NCBI GenBank assembly: GCA_036733365.1
Contig: DAINAS010000006.1
Coordinates: forward strand, 26,666 to 90,665
DNA length: 64,000 nucleotides
Direction of reading: 5' to 3'
Source: Proteiniphilum sp.
GTDB taxonomy: Bacteria > Bacteroidota > Bacteroidia > Bacteroidales > Dysgonomonadaceae
The notes below the pieces were generated by a model. That model had not been told where the DNA came from. It saw only the letters and a list, made by a program, of their open reading frames with translations, and did no database searches. Both the position numbers and the translations under genes were made by a program. Position 1 is the stretch's first letter, and every line of letters starts with the position of its first letter. This document shows, in pieces, positions 50,125 through 59,353 of this stretch.

Positions 50125-50814
50125 TCAGCGTACTGTAAGTTCCATGCCGAACAGCTCCTGGAAAGCATGTTTCATGCCCTCTGAGACCTCTTTAAAATCG
50201 ACCTCCCGCCCCAGCTCCTTTTGCATGGAGGTGACCCCTCGGTCGGTGAATCCGCAGGGATTGATGAAGTTGAAGTAAGCGAGGTCACTGTTGATGTTGA
50301 GTGCCAGGCCGTGCATGGTGACAAAGCGGCTGGCACGAACCCCAATGGCGCAGATCTTCCGTGCCCGCTGAGGATCATCCGGATCGATCCAGACACCCAT
50401 GGCTTTTTCATCTTTCACACCCCGTATCCCATAGGGTCTCAGCGTCTCTATCACCACATCCTCCAGCAGGTCGATATAACGCTTGATGCCAATACCAAAT
50501 TCTTCCAGGTCGATAATCGGATATGCCACCAGCTGTCCGGGACCATGATAGGTGATGTCGCCCCCCCGGTCAATCTCATGCAGGTCTATTTGCCTGCTCT
50601 CACATACCTGCCGCGTGATCAGCAGGTTCTGCCGGTCACCGCTCTTGCCCAGGGTGTAAACATGTTCATGCTCACAGAAGAGCAGATATTGCTCTTTCTC
50701 CTTCTTCTGCTCCTGCTTGGCACGGATCAGTTCTGCGAACAACTTGGCCTGGTAGTCCCACGCCTCCTTGTAACGAATGCGCCCCAGATCTTCAAAAATC
50801 ACTTTTCTGCTCAT
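50125..50814 (-). CDS. lipB: lipoyl(octanoyl) transferase
   Basis: RGGDITYHGPGQLV motif. ATG at 50814; the ORF-track start at 50823 is a GTG. Confidence 0.85.
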   Translation of the reverse strand: MSRKVIFEDLGRIRYKEAWDYQAKLFAELIRAKQEQKKEKEQYLLFCEHEHVYTLGKSGDRQNLLITRQVCESRQIDLHEIDRGGDITYHGPGQLVAYPIIDLEEFGIGIKRYIDLLEDVVIETLRPYGIRGVKDEKAMGVWIDPDDPQRARKICAIGVRASRFVTMHGLALNINSDLAYFNFINPCGFTDRGVTSMQKELGREVDFKEVSEGMKHAFQELFGMELTVR

Positions 50815-50819
50815 CACCC

Positions 50820-51680
50820 TCACACATGTTTTTCTGCATGATAGGAGGAGCGTACCAGCGGGCCGCTCTCCACGAAACGAAATCCTTTATCGAGTGCCAC
50901 CTCCCTGTAACGTGCAAACTGCTCCGGTGAGACATATTCCTTCACCGCCAAGTGCCTGCGCGTGGGTTGCAAATACTGTCCCACGGTGAGTACGCTACAT
51001 CCTACAGCCAGCAGGTCGTCCATCGTCTCGTAAATTTCCTCTTCTGTTTCACCAAGGCCCACCATCACACCCGACTTGGCCCTCACCTTGCCGCTGGCAG
51101 CGATGATACCGATGGTTTTGAGGCTCACCTCATACTTTGCACGGCTACGTACCTTGGGGGTCAACCGCCGCACCGTCTCCATGTTATGCGACACGATGTT
51201 GGGACCGGCATCAATAACCTTGCGGATCAACTCCTCCTGACCGTTAAAATCGGGTATCAGGGTCTCAATGGTCACCTGAGGACAGCGCTCCTTGATTCGT
51301 CTTACAGTACGCGACCAAATCTCGGCTCCCCCGTCCTCCAGATCATCACGATCGACACTGGTGAGCACCACATGTCGTAGGTTCATCTGTTCGATCGTGT
51401 CGGCCAGCCGTGCCGGTTCATCCCAGTCCACACCCAGCGGTGTGCCGGTCTTCACATTACAGAAGCGACAGGATCGGGTACAGACCTCTCCCAGGATCAT
51501 GAAGGTGGCGGTACCTCTTCCCCAGCATTCTGCCATGTTGGGACATTTTCCGCTCACACAGATCGTGTGCAGTTTCTTCCTGGCGATGATCTCCTTCACA
51601 TCGAGGTATTGTTTGCCCTGCGGCAAAGATATTTTCAGCCATTCAGGCTTGCGTTGCATTGTTTCAGCTTTTTTCTCCAT
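50820..51680 (-). CDS. lipA: lipoyl synthase
   Basis: CTRSCRFC radical-SAM motif plus an N-terminal Cys cluster (CVSGKCPNMAEC). Confidence 0.95.
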   Translation of the reverse strand: MEKKAETMQRKPEWLKISLPQGKQYLDVKEIIARKKLHTICVSGKCPNMAECWGRGTATFMILGEVCTRSCRFCNVKTGTPLGVDWDEPARLADTIEQMNLRHVVLTSVDRDDLEDGGAEIWSRTVRRIKERCPQVTIETLIPDFNGQEELIRKVIDAGPNIVSHNMETVRRLTPKVRSRAKYEVSLKTIGIIAASGKVRAKSGVMVGLGETEEEIYETMDDLLAVGCSVLTVGQYLQPTRRHLAVKEYVSPEQFARYREVALDKGFRFVESGPLVRSSYHAEKHV

Positions 51681-51785
51681 AATGATGATATCTGTGCATG
51701 CTGCTACAGCTGTTCAGGGATCATCCCATCATGCATCGGCAGACAGCGTCAAGCTATTTGTAATTGTTTAAAATGTAAAACAGCA

Positions 51786-51793
51786 CAAAAATA
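51786..51793 (-). promoter_or_regulatory. -7 box TATTTTTG (lipA-lipB)
   Basis: Exact match on the minus strand about 105 nt upstream of ATG 51680. Confidence 0.35.
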
Positions 51794-51895
51794 GGATTTT
51801 CTTCGGGGATATACGAATTTGAGAGCTACATTCGCTTCTTTTACCCCGTAACTATTTTTAAACCGTTACACTACTGTTTATAAAGCCAAAAAATA

Positions 51896-51903
51896 TATCT
51901 TTG
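51896..51903 (+). promoter_or_regulatory. -7 box TATCTTTG (tgt)
   Basis: Exact match. Its last bases are the TTG at 51901 that opens the ORF-track version of tgt, which argues for the downstream TTG 51931 start. Confidence 0.45.
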
Positions 51904-51930
51904 CGCCTTAAACCGAAGAACAGACACAAT

Positions 51931-53061
51931 TTGGATTTCCAGTTATTACATACCGACCCGAGGTCCGACGCGCGGGCAGGGCTCATCACAACCGACCACG
52001 GAACAGTGGAGACTCCTGTCTTCATGCCGGTGGGTACGGTGGGCAGTGTCAAGGCGGTACACATCAGCGAGCTGAAAGAGGACATAGGGGCAGAAATCAT
52101 CCTGGGCAACACCTATCACCTCTACCTGCGCCCCGGCCTGGAGATCATTCAGGCGGCGGGGGGATTGCACCGTTTCAACAGTTGGAACCGTCCGATACTG
52201 ACCGACAGCGGGGGGTTCCAGGTATTCTCGCTCACCGAGAACCGGAAGCTGACGGATGAAGGTGCTGTTTTTCAGTCGCACATTGACGGATCCAGACATT
52301 TCTTCACCCCCGAGAAGGTGATCGACATACAACGCATCATCGGTGCAGACATCATCATGGCGTTCGATGAGTGCACTCCCGGCGATGCTGACTACGGCTA
52401 CGCGAAACAGTCGCTGGAGCTGACCGAACGTTGGCTCGACCGCTGCATCACCCGCATGGGTGAGACAGAATGCCCCTACGGACATAGCCAGGCGCTCTTC
52501 CCCATCGTGCAGGGATGTGTCTACCCCGATCTGCGGCAGCGTGCCGCTGAAAAAGTGGCATCCCTGGGCGCCGACGGCAACGCCATCGGTGGACTGGCGG
52601 TGGGGGAGCCCACTGAGAAGATGTATGAGATGGTGGAGCTGGTGAACGGCATCCTGCCAAAGGATAAACCCCGTTACCTGATGGGCGTGGGCAAACCGGA
52701 GAACATCCTGGAGGCGATTGAACGGGGTGTGGACATGTTCGACTGCATCATGCCCACCCGCAACGGCCGCAACGGCCAGATTTTCACCAAGGAGGGAATT
52801 ATGAACATGCGCAACGAGCGCTGGAAAAATGATTTCTCACCCATCGAGGAGGATGGTGAGTCGTTCGTGGACCGTCTCTACAGCAAGGCATATCTACGGC
52901 ATCTTGTCAACACGAACGAGATCCTGGGACTGCAGATCGCCTCGATTCACAACCTGGCATTCTATGTCTGGCTGGCAAAGGAGGCACGCAAACATATCAT
53001 CGCCGGAGATTTCACCCAGTGGAAACCGCAGATGATCGAAAAGGTGACACGAAGATTATGA
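51931..53061 (+). CDS. tgt: tRNA-guanine transglycosylase (queuine tRNA-ribosyltransferase)
   Basis: GTVETPVFMPVGT, TDSGGFQ and FDCIMPTR motifs. Only a TTG at 51931 gives the canonical N-terminus (376 aa; E. coli 375 aa). Confidence 0.9.
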   Translation: MDFQLLHTDPRSDARAGLITTDHGTVETPVFMPVGTVGSVKAVHISELKEDIGAEIILGNTYHLYLRPGLEIIQAAGGLHRFNSWNRPILTDSGGFQVFSLTENRKLTDEGAVFQSHIDGSRHFFTPEKVIDIQRIIGADIIMAFDECTPGDADYGYAKQSLELTERWLDRCITRMGETECPYGHSQALFPIVQGCVYPDLRQRAAEKVASLGADGNAIGGLAVGEPTEKMYEMVELVNGILPKDKPRYLMGVGKPENILEAIERGVDMFDCIMPTRNGRNGQIFTKEGIMNMRNERWKNDFSPIEEDGESFVDRLYSKAYLRHLVNTNEILGLQIASIHNLAFYVWLAKEARKHIIAGDFTQWKPQMIEKVTRRL

Positions 53062-54161
53062 AAAAGATCCTCTCCATACTGAACCTGAAACGTCTGGACT
53101 GGTACATCATCAAGAAGTTCCTGGGGACCTACCTCTTCATGATCGCGTTGATCATCTCCATCGCGGTGGTATTCGACATCAACGAGAAGATTGACAAGTT
53201 CATGACCAACAACGCTTCGCTGGAGCAGATCATCTTCGACTATTACCTCAACTTCATCCCCTACTACACAAACCTCTTCAGCCCCCTCTTTGTCTTCCTG
53301 GCGGTAATCTTCTTCACCTCCAAGATGGCAAACAACTCGGAGATCATCGCCATCCTCTCCAACGGCATCGGGTTCCGGAGGATGATGAAACCTTATATGG
53401 TGGCTGCAATGGTCATCGCCATCTTCACCTTCATCTTTGGTGGTTACATCATCCCCCCTGCCAACGCTACCCGCATCGAGTTTGAACAGACCTACGTGGA
53501 TCCAAGGAAGAAAAAAACCGGCGATCGTGACATCCAGTTTCGGGTGGGCCCCGGCACCATCGTCTACTTCGGCAACTTCGACATGAAAAGCCAAACCGGT
53601 TACAACTTCTCAATCGATCACTTCGACAGCCTACAGCTGGTCTCCCGACTCACGGCCCAATCCATCCGCTACGATTCGGCTTACCAGTGGACCATTCACA
53701 ACTACCAGGTGAGGGATTTTAACGGCGCCAGGGAAACCATCACCAAAGGCAGTTCTATTGACACCACCCTTCAGATTGTACCTGACGACTTTATCATCGC
53801 CAAGACCGACCAGCAAATGATGACATCTCCCCAGCTCCGCCACTATGTGAAGAGCCAGAAGGAGCGGGGGATGGGCAACATACAGGCTTTCCAGATTGAG
53901 TATCACTCGCGCATCGCCAATGTCTTCTCAGCTTTCATACTCACACTGATTGGTGCTTCCCTCTCGGCGAAAAAAGTTAAGGGAGGCATGGGGCTTAACA
54001 TTGGTATGGGACTGGGACTGAGTATGGCCTACATTCTTTTCATGACGGTCAGCTCCACCTTCGCGGTAAAAGGGAGTATGAGCCCCTTCATTGCGGCATG
54101 GGTACCCAATATCTTCTTCATTCTGATTGCGATATTCCTATACCGGAAGGCCCCAAATTAG
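53058..54161 (+). CDS. LptF/LptG family permease (YjgP/YjgQ)
   Basis: MKKILSILNLKRLDWYIIKKFLGTY N-terminus typical of the family, six TM helices, large periplasmic loop; ATGA overlap with tgt. Confidence 0.75.
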   Translation: MKKILSILNLKRLDWYIIKKFLGTYLFMIALIISIAVVFDINEKIDKFMTNNASLEQIIFDYYLNFIPYYTNLFSPLFVFLAVIFFTSKMANNSEIIAILSNGIGFRRMMKPYMVAAMVIAIFTFIFGGYIIPPANATRIEFEQTYVDPRKKKTGDRDIQFRVGPGTIVYFGNFDMKSQTGYNFSIDHFDSLQLVSRLTAQSIRYDSAYQWTIHNYQVRDFNGARETITKGSSIDTTLQIVPDDFIIAKTDQQMMTSPQLRHYVKSQKERGMGNIQAFQIEYHSRIANVFSAFILTLIGASLSAKKVKGGMGLNIGMGLGLSMAYILFMTVSSTFAVKGSMSPFIAAWVPNIFFILIAIFLYRKAPN

Positions 54162-54225
54162 GAAGGTCAGCTTTCAGTTAACAGCAATCAACCGGGCATC
54201 AACAAATCATCAAAATCAACCGGAA

Positions 54226-55029
54226 ATGAAAAAAACAGCTCTTGCTTTACTTCTGGGCTGTGCAGCGATACTGCAGGCACAAACGAAATATCCTACCATC
54301 GTGATTGAGACCAATTATGGCACCATGAAGGCAATGCTCTATGAAGACACACCTCGGCACAGCGATCATTACATGCGGTTGATCCGTCAGGGATATTTCG
54401 ACGGCACACTTTTTCACCGGGTGGTAAAAAACTTCGTGATTCAGGGTGGGGCTCAGGACTCGCGTAATGCCCCATCCGGGGCACAAATCGGTGGTGGCCG
54501 CACCGACATGGAGCTGATGCCGGAGTTCCGGGAACATCATATTCACAAGAAGGGTGCGCTGGCAGCACCACGGAAAGGAGACAACGAGAATCCGCAAAAG
54601 AAATCGGATGCTTCACAGTTGTACATCGTACATGGAAAGGTATACACACAAGGGCGCCTCGACAGCACTGAAATGAGTGTGAACATCCCCATCAAGAATG
54701 AAATTATCCGCACACACTATTCACCTGTCAAGGAGGAACTGGCACGCCTAAAGGAGAGTGATCCGTGGAAATTCAACGCGCTGCTTGATTCGGTGTTGAC
54801 CCTGGTGGATTCACTATACCTAGAGGCTCCCGGCAAGTTCTTCTGGCCGGATGGCCTGAAGGAAGCCTACACAACCATCGGCGGCGCCCACCATCTCGAC
54901 GGTGAGTATACCGTTTTTGGTGAGGTGACCGACGGTCTGGAGGTGATCGACAAGATCGCTGCCCTCGAGGTGGATGGCAATAGCCGCCCCAGCCAGGATG
55001 CAAAGATCATCCGCATCTATACCGAGTAA
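54226..55029 (+). CDS. cyclophilin-type peptidyl-prolyl cis-trans isomerase (secreted)
   Basis: Signal peptide and the FHRVVKNFVIQGG cyclophilin motif. Confidence 0.8.
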   Translation: MKKTALALLLGCAAILQAQTKYPTIVIETNYGTMKAMLYEDTPRHSDHYMRLIRQGYFDGTLFHRVVKNFVIQGGAQDSRNAPSGAQIGGGRTDMELMPEFREHHIHKKGALAAPRKGDNENPQKKSDASQLYIVHGKVYTQGRLDSTEMSVNIPIKNEIIRTHYSPVKEELARLKESDPWKFNALLDSVLTLVDSLYLEAPGKFFWPDGLKEAYTTIGGAHHLDGEYTVFGEVTDGLEVIDKIAALEVDGNSRPSQDAKIIRIYTE

Positions 55030-55100
55030 CGGGAGGAAATATTCTGTGTAACCCTATTTCAGTGATTGAAAGAGAATACATTGGTAAGACATCGACAGGT

Positions 55101-55160
55101 ATCCCCTCATTATCCCTTCATGATCCCCTCATAAAAGTATGAGGGGATCATGAAGGGATA
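55101..55160. repeat. three 11-nt phased repeats plus a perfect 23-bp hairpin (probable bidirectional terminator)
   Basis: ATCCCCTCAT, ATCCCTTCAT and ATCCCCTCAT start at 55101, 55112 and 55123. TATCCCTTCATGATCCCCTCATA-AAAG-TATGAGGGGATCATGAAGGGATA spans 55111-55160. Confidence 0.9.
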
Positions 55161-55168
55161 GTTGCGCA

Positions 55169-55942
55169 TTACTGAATATTGATGCGCACCTCCGTCAAGA
55201 AAGCCTTCATTCGTTCAGAGTCTTTGGTTTCGATGATTCCCAGCAACTCCTTCAGTTTCTCACGTATATTGGTCAGCTGCCCCGGGGTATAAGGGTTGAA
55301 GAGAATCTCGGTGAGCAGGAAGTCATCTTCCGAAAGCAATCCCTGTGCAATATGCATGTGTTTCTTGAAAGTGGTACCGGGTGCATCCTGGTGCTTCATC
55401 ACCGAGGCAAACACCAGGGTGGAAGCAAACGGAATGGAGAGCGAATAGGCGATGGTTTCGTCATGCTCCCTGAAAGAGTATTCAAACACATTCAGCTTCA
55501 GGTGATGGTACAGATCACGAAAAAAGACTTTGCCCAGGTGTGACGACTCGGCAATAATGATGGCGCTCTGGCTGCTCAGGTCGTTCAGACTGGCAAAGGT
55601 GGGTCCAAACATGGGGTGTGTGGATACATAGGGGCGGGTGCGCTCCCGGTAGAACGCCTCCAGCCCGGTCTTCACCGAGGCGATATCGCTCAGGATGCAA
55701 GTCTCCGGCAGATAGGGCAGCACCGCCTCAAAAGCAGGGATGGTGTACTTGAGCGTTGCGGCATTGATCACCAGCTCCGGTGCGAAGGCCTCAACCTCCC
55801 GCGGATCGGTCATCCGCTGCGTGTTGTAAATGAACCGCAGCTTCTGCGGATCGGTGTCGAGCACAGCCACTTCGTGGTCGAAGCTAAGCACATCGGCAAA
55901 GAAGGAACCCATCTTACCGGCTCCAAGGATTAATATTTTCAT
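55169..55942 (-). CDS. tyrA: prephenate dehydrogenase
   Basis: N-terminal Rossmann motif ILGAGKMGSFF, HPMFGP motif; last gene of the aromatic operon. Confidence 0.75.
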   Translation of the reverse strand: MKILILGAGKMGSFFADVLSFDHEVAVLDTDPQKLRFIYNTQRMTDPREVEAFAPELVINAATLKYTIPAFEAVLPYLPETCILSDIASVKTGLEAFYRERTRPYVSTHPMFGPTFASLNDLSSQSAIIIAESSHLGKVFFRDLYHHLKLNVFEYSFREHDETIAYSLSIPFASTLVFASVMKHQDAPGTTFKKHMHIAQGLLSEDDFLLTEILFNPYTPGQLTNIREKLKELLGIIETKDSERMKAFLTEVRINIQ

Positions 55943-55959
55943 CGCTTAACTTTCATCAG

Positions 55960-57030
55960 TTATTTCTTCGCTCTCTCCATCACCACCATCTGCTGACGGA
56001 CCGACTCGGAGTGGATCGACTCCAGAACCTTCTTCACGAAGTCGCCCGACATCTCCAATCGTTCACCCTGATAGGCACGGTCGGTCAGGATCTGGTCGTA
56101 GCGCTGCGTCTGCAGGATTGGCATGTCATGCTCCAGCTTGTACTGGCCAATCTCCCTCGATACACGCATACGCTTAGCCAAAAGCTGCAACAGTTCATTG
56201 TCCAGGTCGTCTATCTGGTCACGCAGCACCGACAGATCTTCCGTCGTCTGCACCGTATCACGGATCACGATGGTATCGAGGATCTCCTTGAGTGCAGCCG
56301 GAGTGACCTGTTGAGCCTTGTCGCTCCACGCCTCGTCGGGGGAACAATGAGATTCGATGATCAATCCCGCGTAGTTGAGATCCAACGCCTGCTGACTGAT
56401 TTTGAAGATCAGGTTGCGGTCGCCGCCGATATGGCTTGGGTCGCAGATCATGGGAAGAGTGGGAAAGCGTCGTTTCAGTTCAATGGGAATGTGCCATTGC
56501 GGTAAATTGCGGTATATGGTCTTATCGGTAGTGCTGAATCCACGGTGTATCACCCCCAGCTTGCGAATACCAGCGTTGTAAAGTCGCTCCAGAGCTCCGA
56601 TCCAGAGCTCCAGGTCGGGATTCACCGGGTTTTTGATCAGGATGGGGATATCCACCCCCTTGAGGGTATCCGCAATCTCCTGCACTGCAAAAGGGTTGGC
56701 AGCGGTACGCGCTCCAATCCAAAGGATATCGACCCCATATTTCAACGCCTCATAGACATGTTTCTCTGTAGCCACCTCGGTGGCCATGTACATGCCGGTC
56801 TCCTTCTCCGCCTGCATCATCCATTTCAGCGCCGGACTACCAATCCCCTCAAAACCGCCTGGCTTCGTACGGGGTTTCCAGACCCCTGCACGGTAGATCT
56901 TTACTCCCACTGCCGCCAGCTGGCGCGCGGTGGTCATCACCTGTTCCTCTGTCTCGGCACTGCAGGGTCCCGCAATCACCAGCGGTCTCTTCGCGTCAAT
57001 GCCCGGCAATAAAATTGATTCGAATTCCAT
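55960..57030 (-). CDS. bifunctional 3-deoxy-7-phosphoheptulonate synthase / chorismate mutase
   Basis: N-terminal KDO8P/DAHP-synthase-like TIM barrel (IAGPCSAE...DPSH) and a C-terminal chorismate mutase type II helix bundle (LRDQIDDLDNELLQLLAKRMRVSREIGQYK). Confidence 0.8.
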   Translation of the reverse strand: MEFESILLPGIDAKRPLVIAGPCSAETEEQVMTTARQLAAVGVKIYRAGVWKPRTKPGGFEGIGSPALKWMMQAEKETGMYMATEVATEKHVYEALKYGVDILWIGARTAANPFAVQEIADTLKGVDIPILIKNPVNPDLELWIGALERLYNAGIRKLGVIHRGFSTTDKTIYRNLPQWHIPIELKRRFPTLPMICDPSHIGGDRNLIFKISQQALDLNYAGLIIESHCSPDEAWSDKAQQVTPAALKEILDTIVIRDTVQTTEDLSVLRDQIDDLDNELLQLLAKRMRVSREIGQYKLEHDMPILQTQRYDQILTDRAYQGERLEMSGDFVKKVLESIHSESVRQQMVVMERAKK

Positions 57031-57114
57031 ATCTTTTGTTTTTTAATTTTTGTCTCAATTAATATTCACTCCATGATTTACATTCAACACCAAGCTAATC
57101 CTCAAAACGACCAA

Positions 57115-58284
57115 TCAGCGATTCCCCATATATTCCTCAATACGCCTGTAAGCCTCCTGCAGCTTCTCAACAGAGGCCCCCAGCGAGATGCGGATAAACC
57201 GTTCACCGTTGCTGCCGAAGATAAAGCCAGGGGTAAGAAATACTCTTGCCTTTTCAAGCAAATCATTCACAAGCTTTTCACTACCCGATACCTCTGCCGG
57301 CAGCTTACCCCATACAAACAATCCCACCTGCCGGGGATCGAAACTACAGCCAAGCAGCTGCATGATTTTCTCGGCCCAGTCGCGTCGTTCACGATAGATG
57401 CGGTTCATCCCGGCATGCCACTCATCACTGTTCGACAGTGCAGCGACCGTTGCCAGCTGCATCGGTTTGAACTGACCGCTGTCGATGTTGCTCTTGGCCT
57501 TGAGCACCCACTGCACAAATTGCGCGTTGGATGCCAGCATCCCCATGCGCCATCCCGACATGTTATGCGACTTGCTCAGCGAATTGAGCTCGATGCATAT
57601 CTCCTTTGCCCCCGGCACTGAGAGGATGCTCATCGGATGGTCGTTCAAGATAAAACTATAGGGGTTGTCGTGACAAATCACGATCTGATGCTTTTTGCCA
57701 AAGGCTACCAGCTTCTCAAATAGTTCCACCGATGCATTGGCCCCTGTAGGCATGTTGGGGTAGTTGACCCACATCAGCTTCACCCTGCTCAGGTCTCTTT
57801 TCTCCAGAGCCTCGAAGTCGGGCTCCCACCCCTTCTCCTCCAGCAGGTCGTATTCCATCACCTCAGCCCGCAACAGTTGAGATACGGACCGGTATGTGGG
57901 ATAACCGGGGTTGGGAACCAGTACCGCATCTCCGAAGTTCAGGAAAGTCATCGAGACATGCAGGATCCCCTCCTTCGAGCCTATCAACGGCAATATCTCG
58001 GCAGGTGTCAGCGTCACACCATAGAAACGCTCGTACCAATTGGCATATGCTTTTCGCAACTCAGGGATTCCGGTATATGGCTGATAGGCATGCACATCAG
58101 GTTGGCGGGCACTATCGCATAGCATCTCAATTGTCTCCTGCGACGGCATCCGGTCGGGTGCTCCCACCGCGAGGCTGATCACGTTTTTACCTTCGGCATT
58201 CATACGGGCTACCTCAGCCAGCTTCACCGAGAAATAGTATTCTTCTATCGATTTGATATGTGCTGCGGGTTCAATCTTTTTCAT
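57115..58284 (-). CDS. class I/II PLP-dependent aminotransferase (aromatic pathway context)
   Basis: SLSKSHNMSGWRMG PLP-lysine motif, 389 aa. Confidence 0.8.
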   Translation of the reverse strand: MKKIEPAAHIKSIEEYYFSVKLAEVARMNAEGKNVISLAVGAPDRMPSQETIEMLCDSARQPDVHAYQPYTGIPELRKAYANWYERFYGVTLTPAEILPLIGSKEGILHVSMTFLNFGDAVLVPNPGYPTYRSVSQLLRAEVMEYDLLEEKGWEPDFEALEKRDLSRVKLMWVNYPNMPTGANASVELFEKLVAFGKKHQIVICHDNPYSFILNDHPMSILSVPGAKEICIELNSLSKSHNMSGWRMGMLASNAQFVQWVLKAKSNIDSGQFKPMQLATVAALSNSDEWHAGMNRIYRERRDWAEKIMQLLGCSFDPRQVGLFVWGKLPAEVSGSEKLVNDLLEKARVFLTPGFIFGSNGERFIRISLGASVEKLQEAYRRIEEYMGNR

Positions 58285-58305
58285 TGCTGTTTTCGTTTCA
58301 TTCGG

Positions 58306-59154
58306 TTACTGTTCATCGGCATTCTTCTCCTCCCGGTACTCACCCAACTGCTTCAGCTTACTGATCAGCGGCGTGATGGCATCGATCGACTGTTGGTAGC
58401 GCTGATAATCGGTAAAGGTGAGATCAACATAAAACTGGTACTCCCACTCACTACCGATGATGGGCAGCGATTGTATACGGGTCAGGTTGATCCCATAGAA
58501 AGAGAGGACCGACAACACCTTCGAGAGTGAACCCTCGTTGTGTGGCAGGACAAATACCAGCGACGACTTGTTGATGTGGTTATCCTTCTGAAGCTCCGGT
58601 AGCATCTCCTCACGTGCCAGGATAAAGAAACGAGTGAAATTGCGTTTGTTCGTTTCAATCCCATGGGCCAGGATCTCCAGACCATACATCTCCGCTGCCA
58701 GCCTGCTGCAGATGGTGGCCGTGCCCTTCATCTCCCGCTCACGAATCTCTTTCGCCGCGAGAGCGGTATCATCATGCTCTACGATCTTCACCCCGGGTAA
58801 TCTTTCCAGAAAATCCTCACACTGCATCAAGGCCATGGGGTGCGACATCACCTCACCAATTTCATCGATGGTGGTGCCGGGAAGGGCTGCCAAGGTATGT
58901 GTGATTCGAAGTTTATGTTCCCCTGCGATACGGAGATGATATTGTTTCAACAAATCATGATTGGGCAGAAGGCTTCCGGCGATCGTATTCTCAATGGCCA
59001 TCACCCCTATCAGTTGCGGATCCTTCTCCGCTTCCTTGAAAATATCGCGGAATGTCTGGCAGGGAACAATCTCCAGCTCTTCACCCTTGAAATAATCGCG
59101 TGCAGCAATCTCATGATAGGCTCCCGGACCTCCTTGAATAGCAACTCTTTTCAT
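58306..59154 (-). CDS. pheA: prephenate dehydratase
   Basis: PDT domain with TRF motif (NFTRFFIL) and a C-terminal ACT domain. Confidence 0.85.
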   Translation of the reverse strand: MKRVAIQGGPGAYHEIAARDYFKGEELEIVPCQTFRDIFKEAEKDPQLIGVMAIENTIAGSLLPNHDLLKQYHLRIAGEHKLRITHTLAALPGTTIDEIGEVMSHPMALMQCEDFLERLPGVKIVEHDDTALAAKEIREREMKGTATICSRLAAEMYGLEILAHGIETNKRNFTRFFILAREEMLPELQKDNHINKSSLVFVLPHNEGSLSKVLSVLSFYGINLTRIQSLPIIGSEWEYQFYVDLTFTDYQRYQQSIDAITPLISKLKQLGEYREEKNADEQ

Positions 59155-59182
59155 TTCTTTTTGTAATTTGCCATATTGTCAT

Positions 59183-59219
59183 AAAAAAATCCCATCGTGT
59201 GATCGACAGGATTTTTTTT
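59183..59219 (-). terminator. candidate attenuator terminator in the pheA leader
   Basis: Minus-strand RNA AAAAAAAUCCUGUCG-AUCACA-CGAUGGGAUUUUUUU forms a 15-bp stem (2 G.U) ending in U7, 28 nt upstream of the pheA ATG. Confidence 0.55.
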
Positions 59220-59268
59220 ATCTGATATGACTTTTAATTTCTTCTCATTTTACATAAAAATCCTGCCT

Positions 59269-59325
59269 TTACCTGCTAAAATAAAAGTAAAACCAGAAAG
59301 AATATGCAAATGTAGAACTGTTCAC
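59269..59325 (-). CDS. candidate leader peptide MNSSTFAYSFWFYFYFSR (aromatic-codon-rich)
   Basis: GTG at 59325, TAA at 59271-59269; 9 of the last 13 codons are Phe/Tyr/Trp. The stop lies 1 nt before an antiterminator arm. Needs experimental or comparative support. Confidence 0.4.
   Translation of the reverse strand: MNSSTFAYSFWFYFYFSR
59307..59314 (-). promoter_or_regulatory. second TACATTTG box (P2) inside the leader ORF
   Basis: Exact TAnnTTTG. The 13-nt context AGTTCTACATTTG matches P1 at 12 of 13 positions. Confidence 0.3.
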
Positions 59326-59353
59326 TTTGTTATCTTTTCATTGTGATAGGGCA

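Noticed and set aside
51681-51785. Possible structured leader or riboswitch upstream of lipA (GCATGC...GCATG and GGGATGATCCC palindromes)
   Set aside because: Only short, unconvincing hairpins are present. No known lipoate-responsive RNA matches, and there is no terminator-like U-tract.
52962-53594. 210-aa minus-strand ORF rich in Asp/Glu/Val/His
   Set aside because: It is antisense to the tgt 3' end and the LptF/G-like permease gene. Its low-complexity acidic composition is typical of the antisense of a membrane-protein gene.
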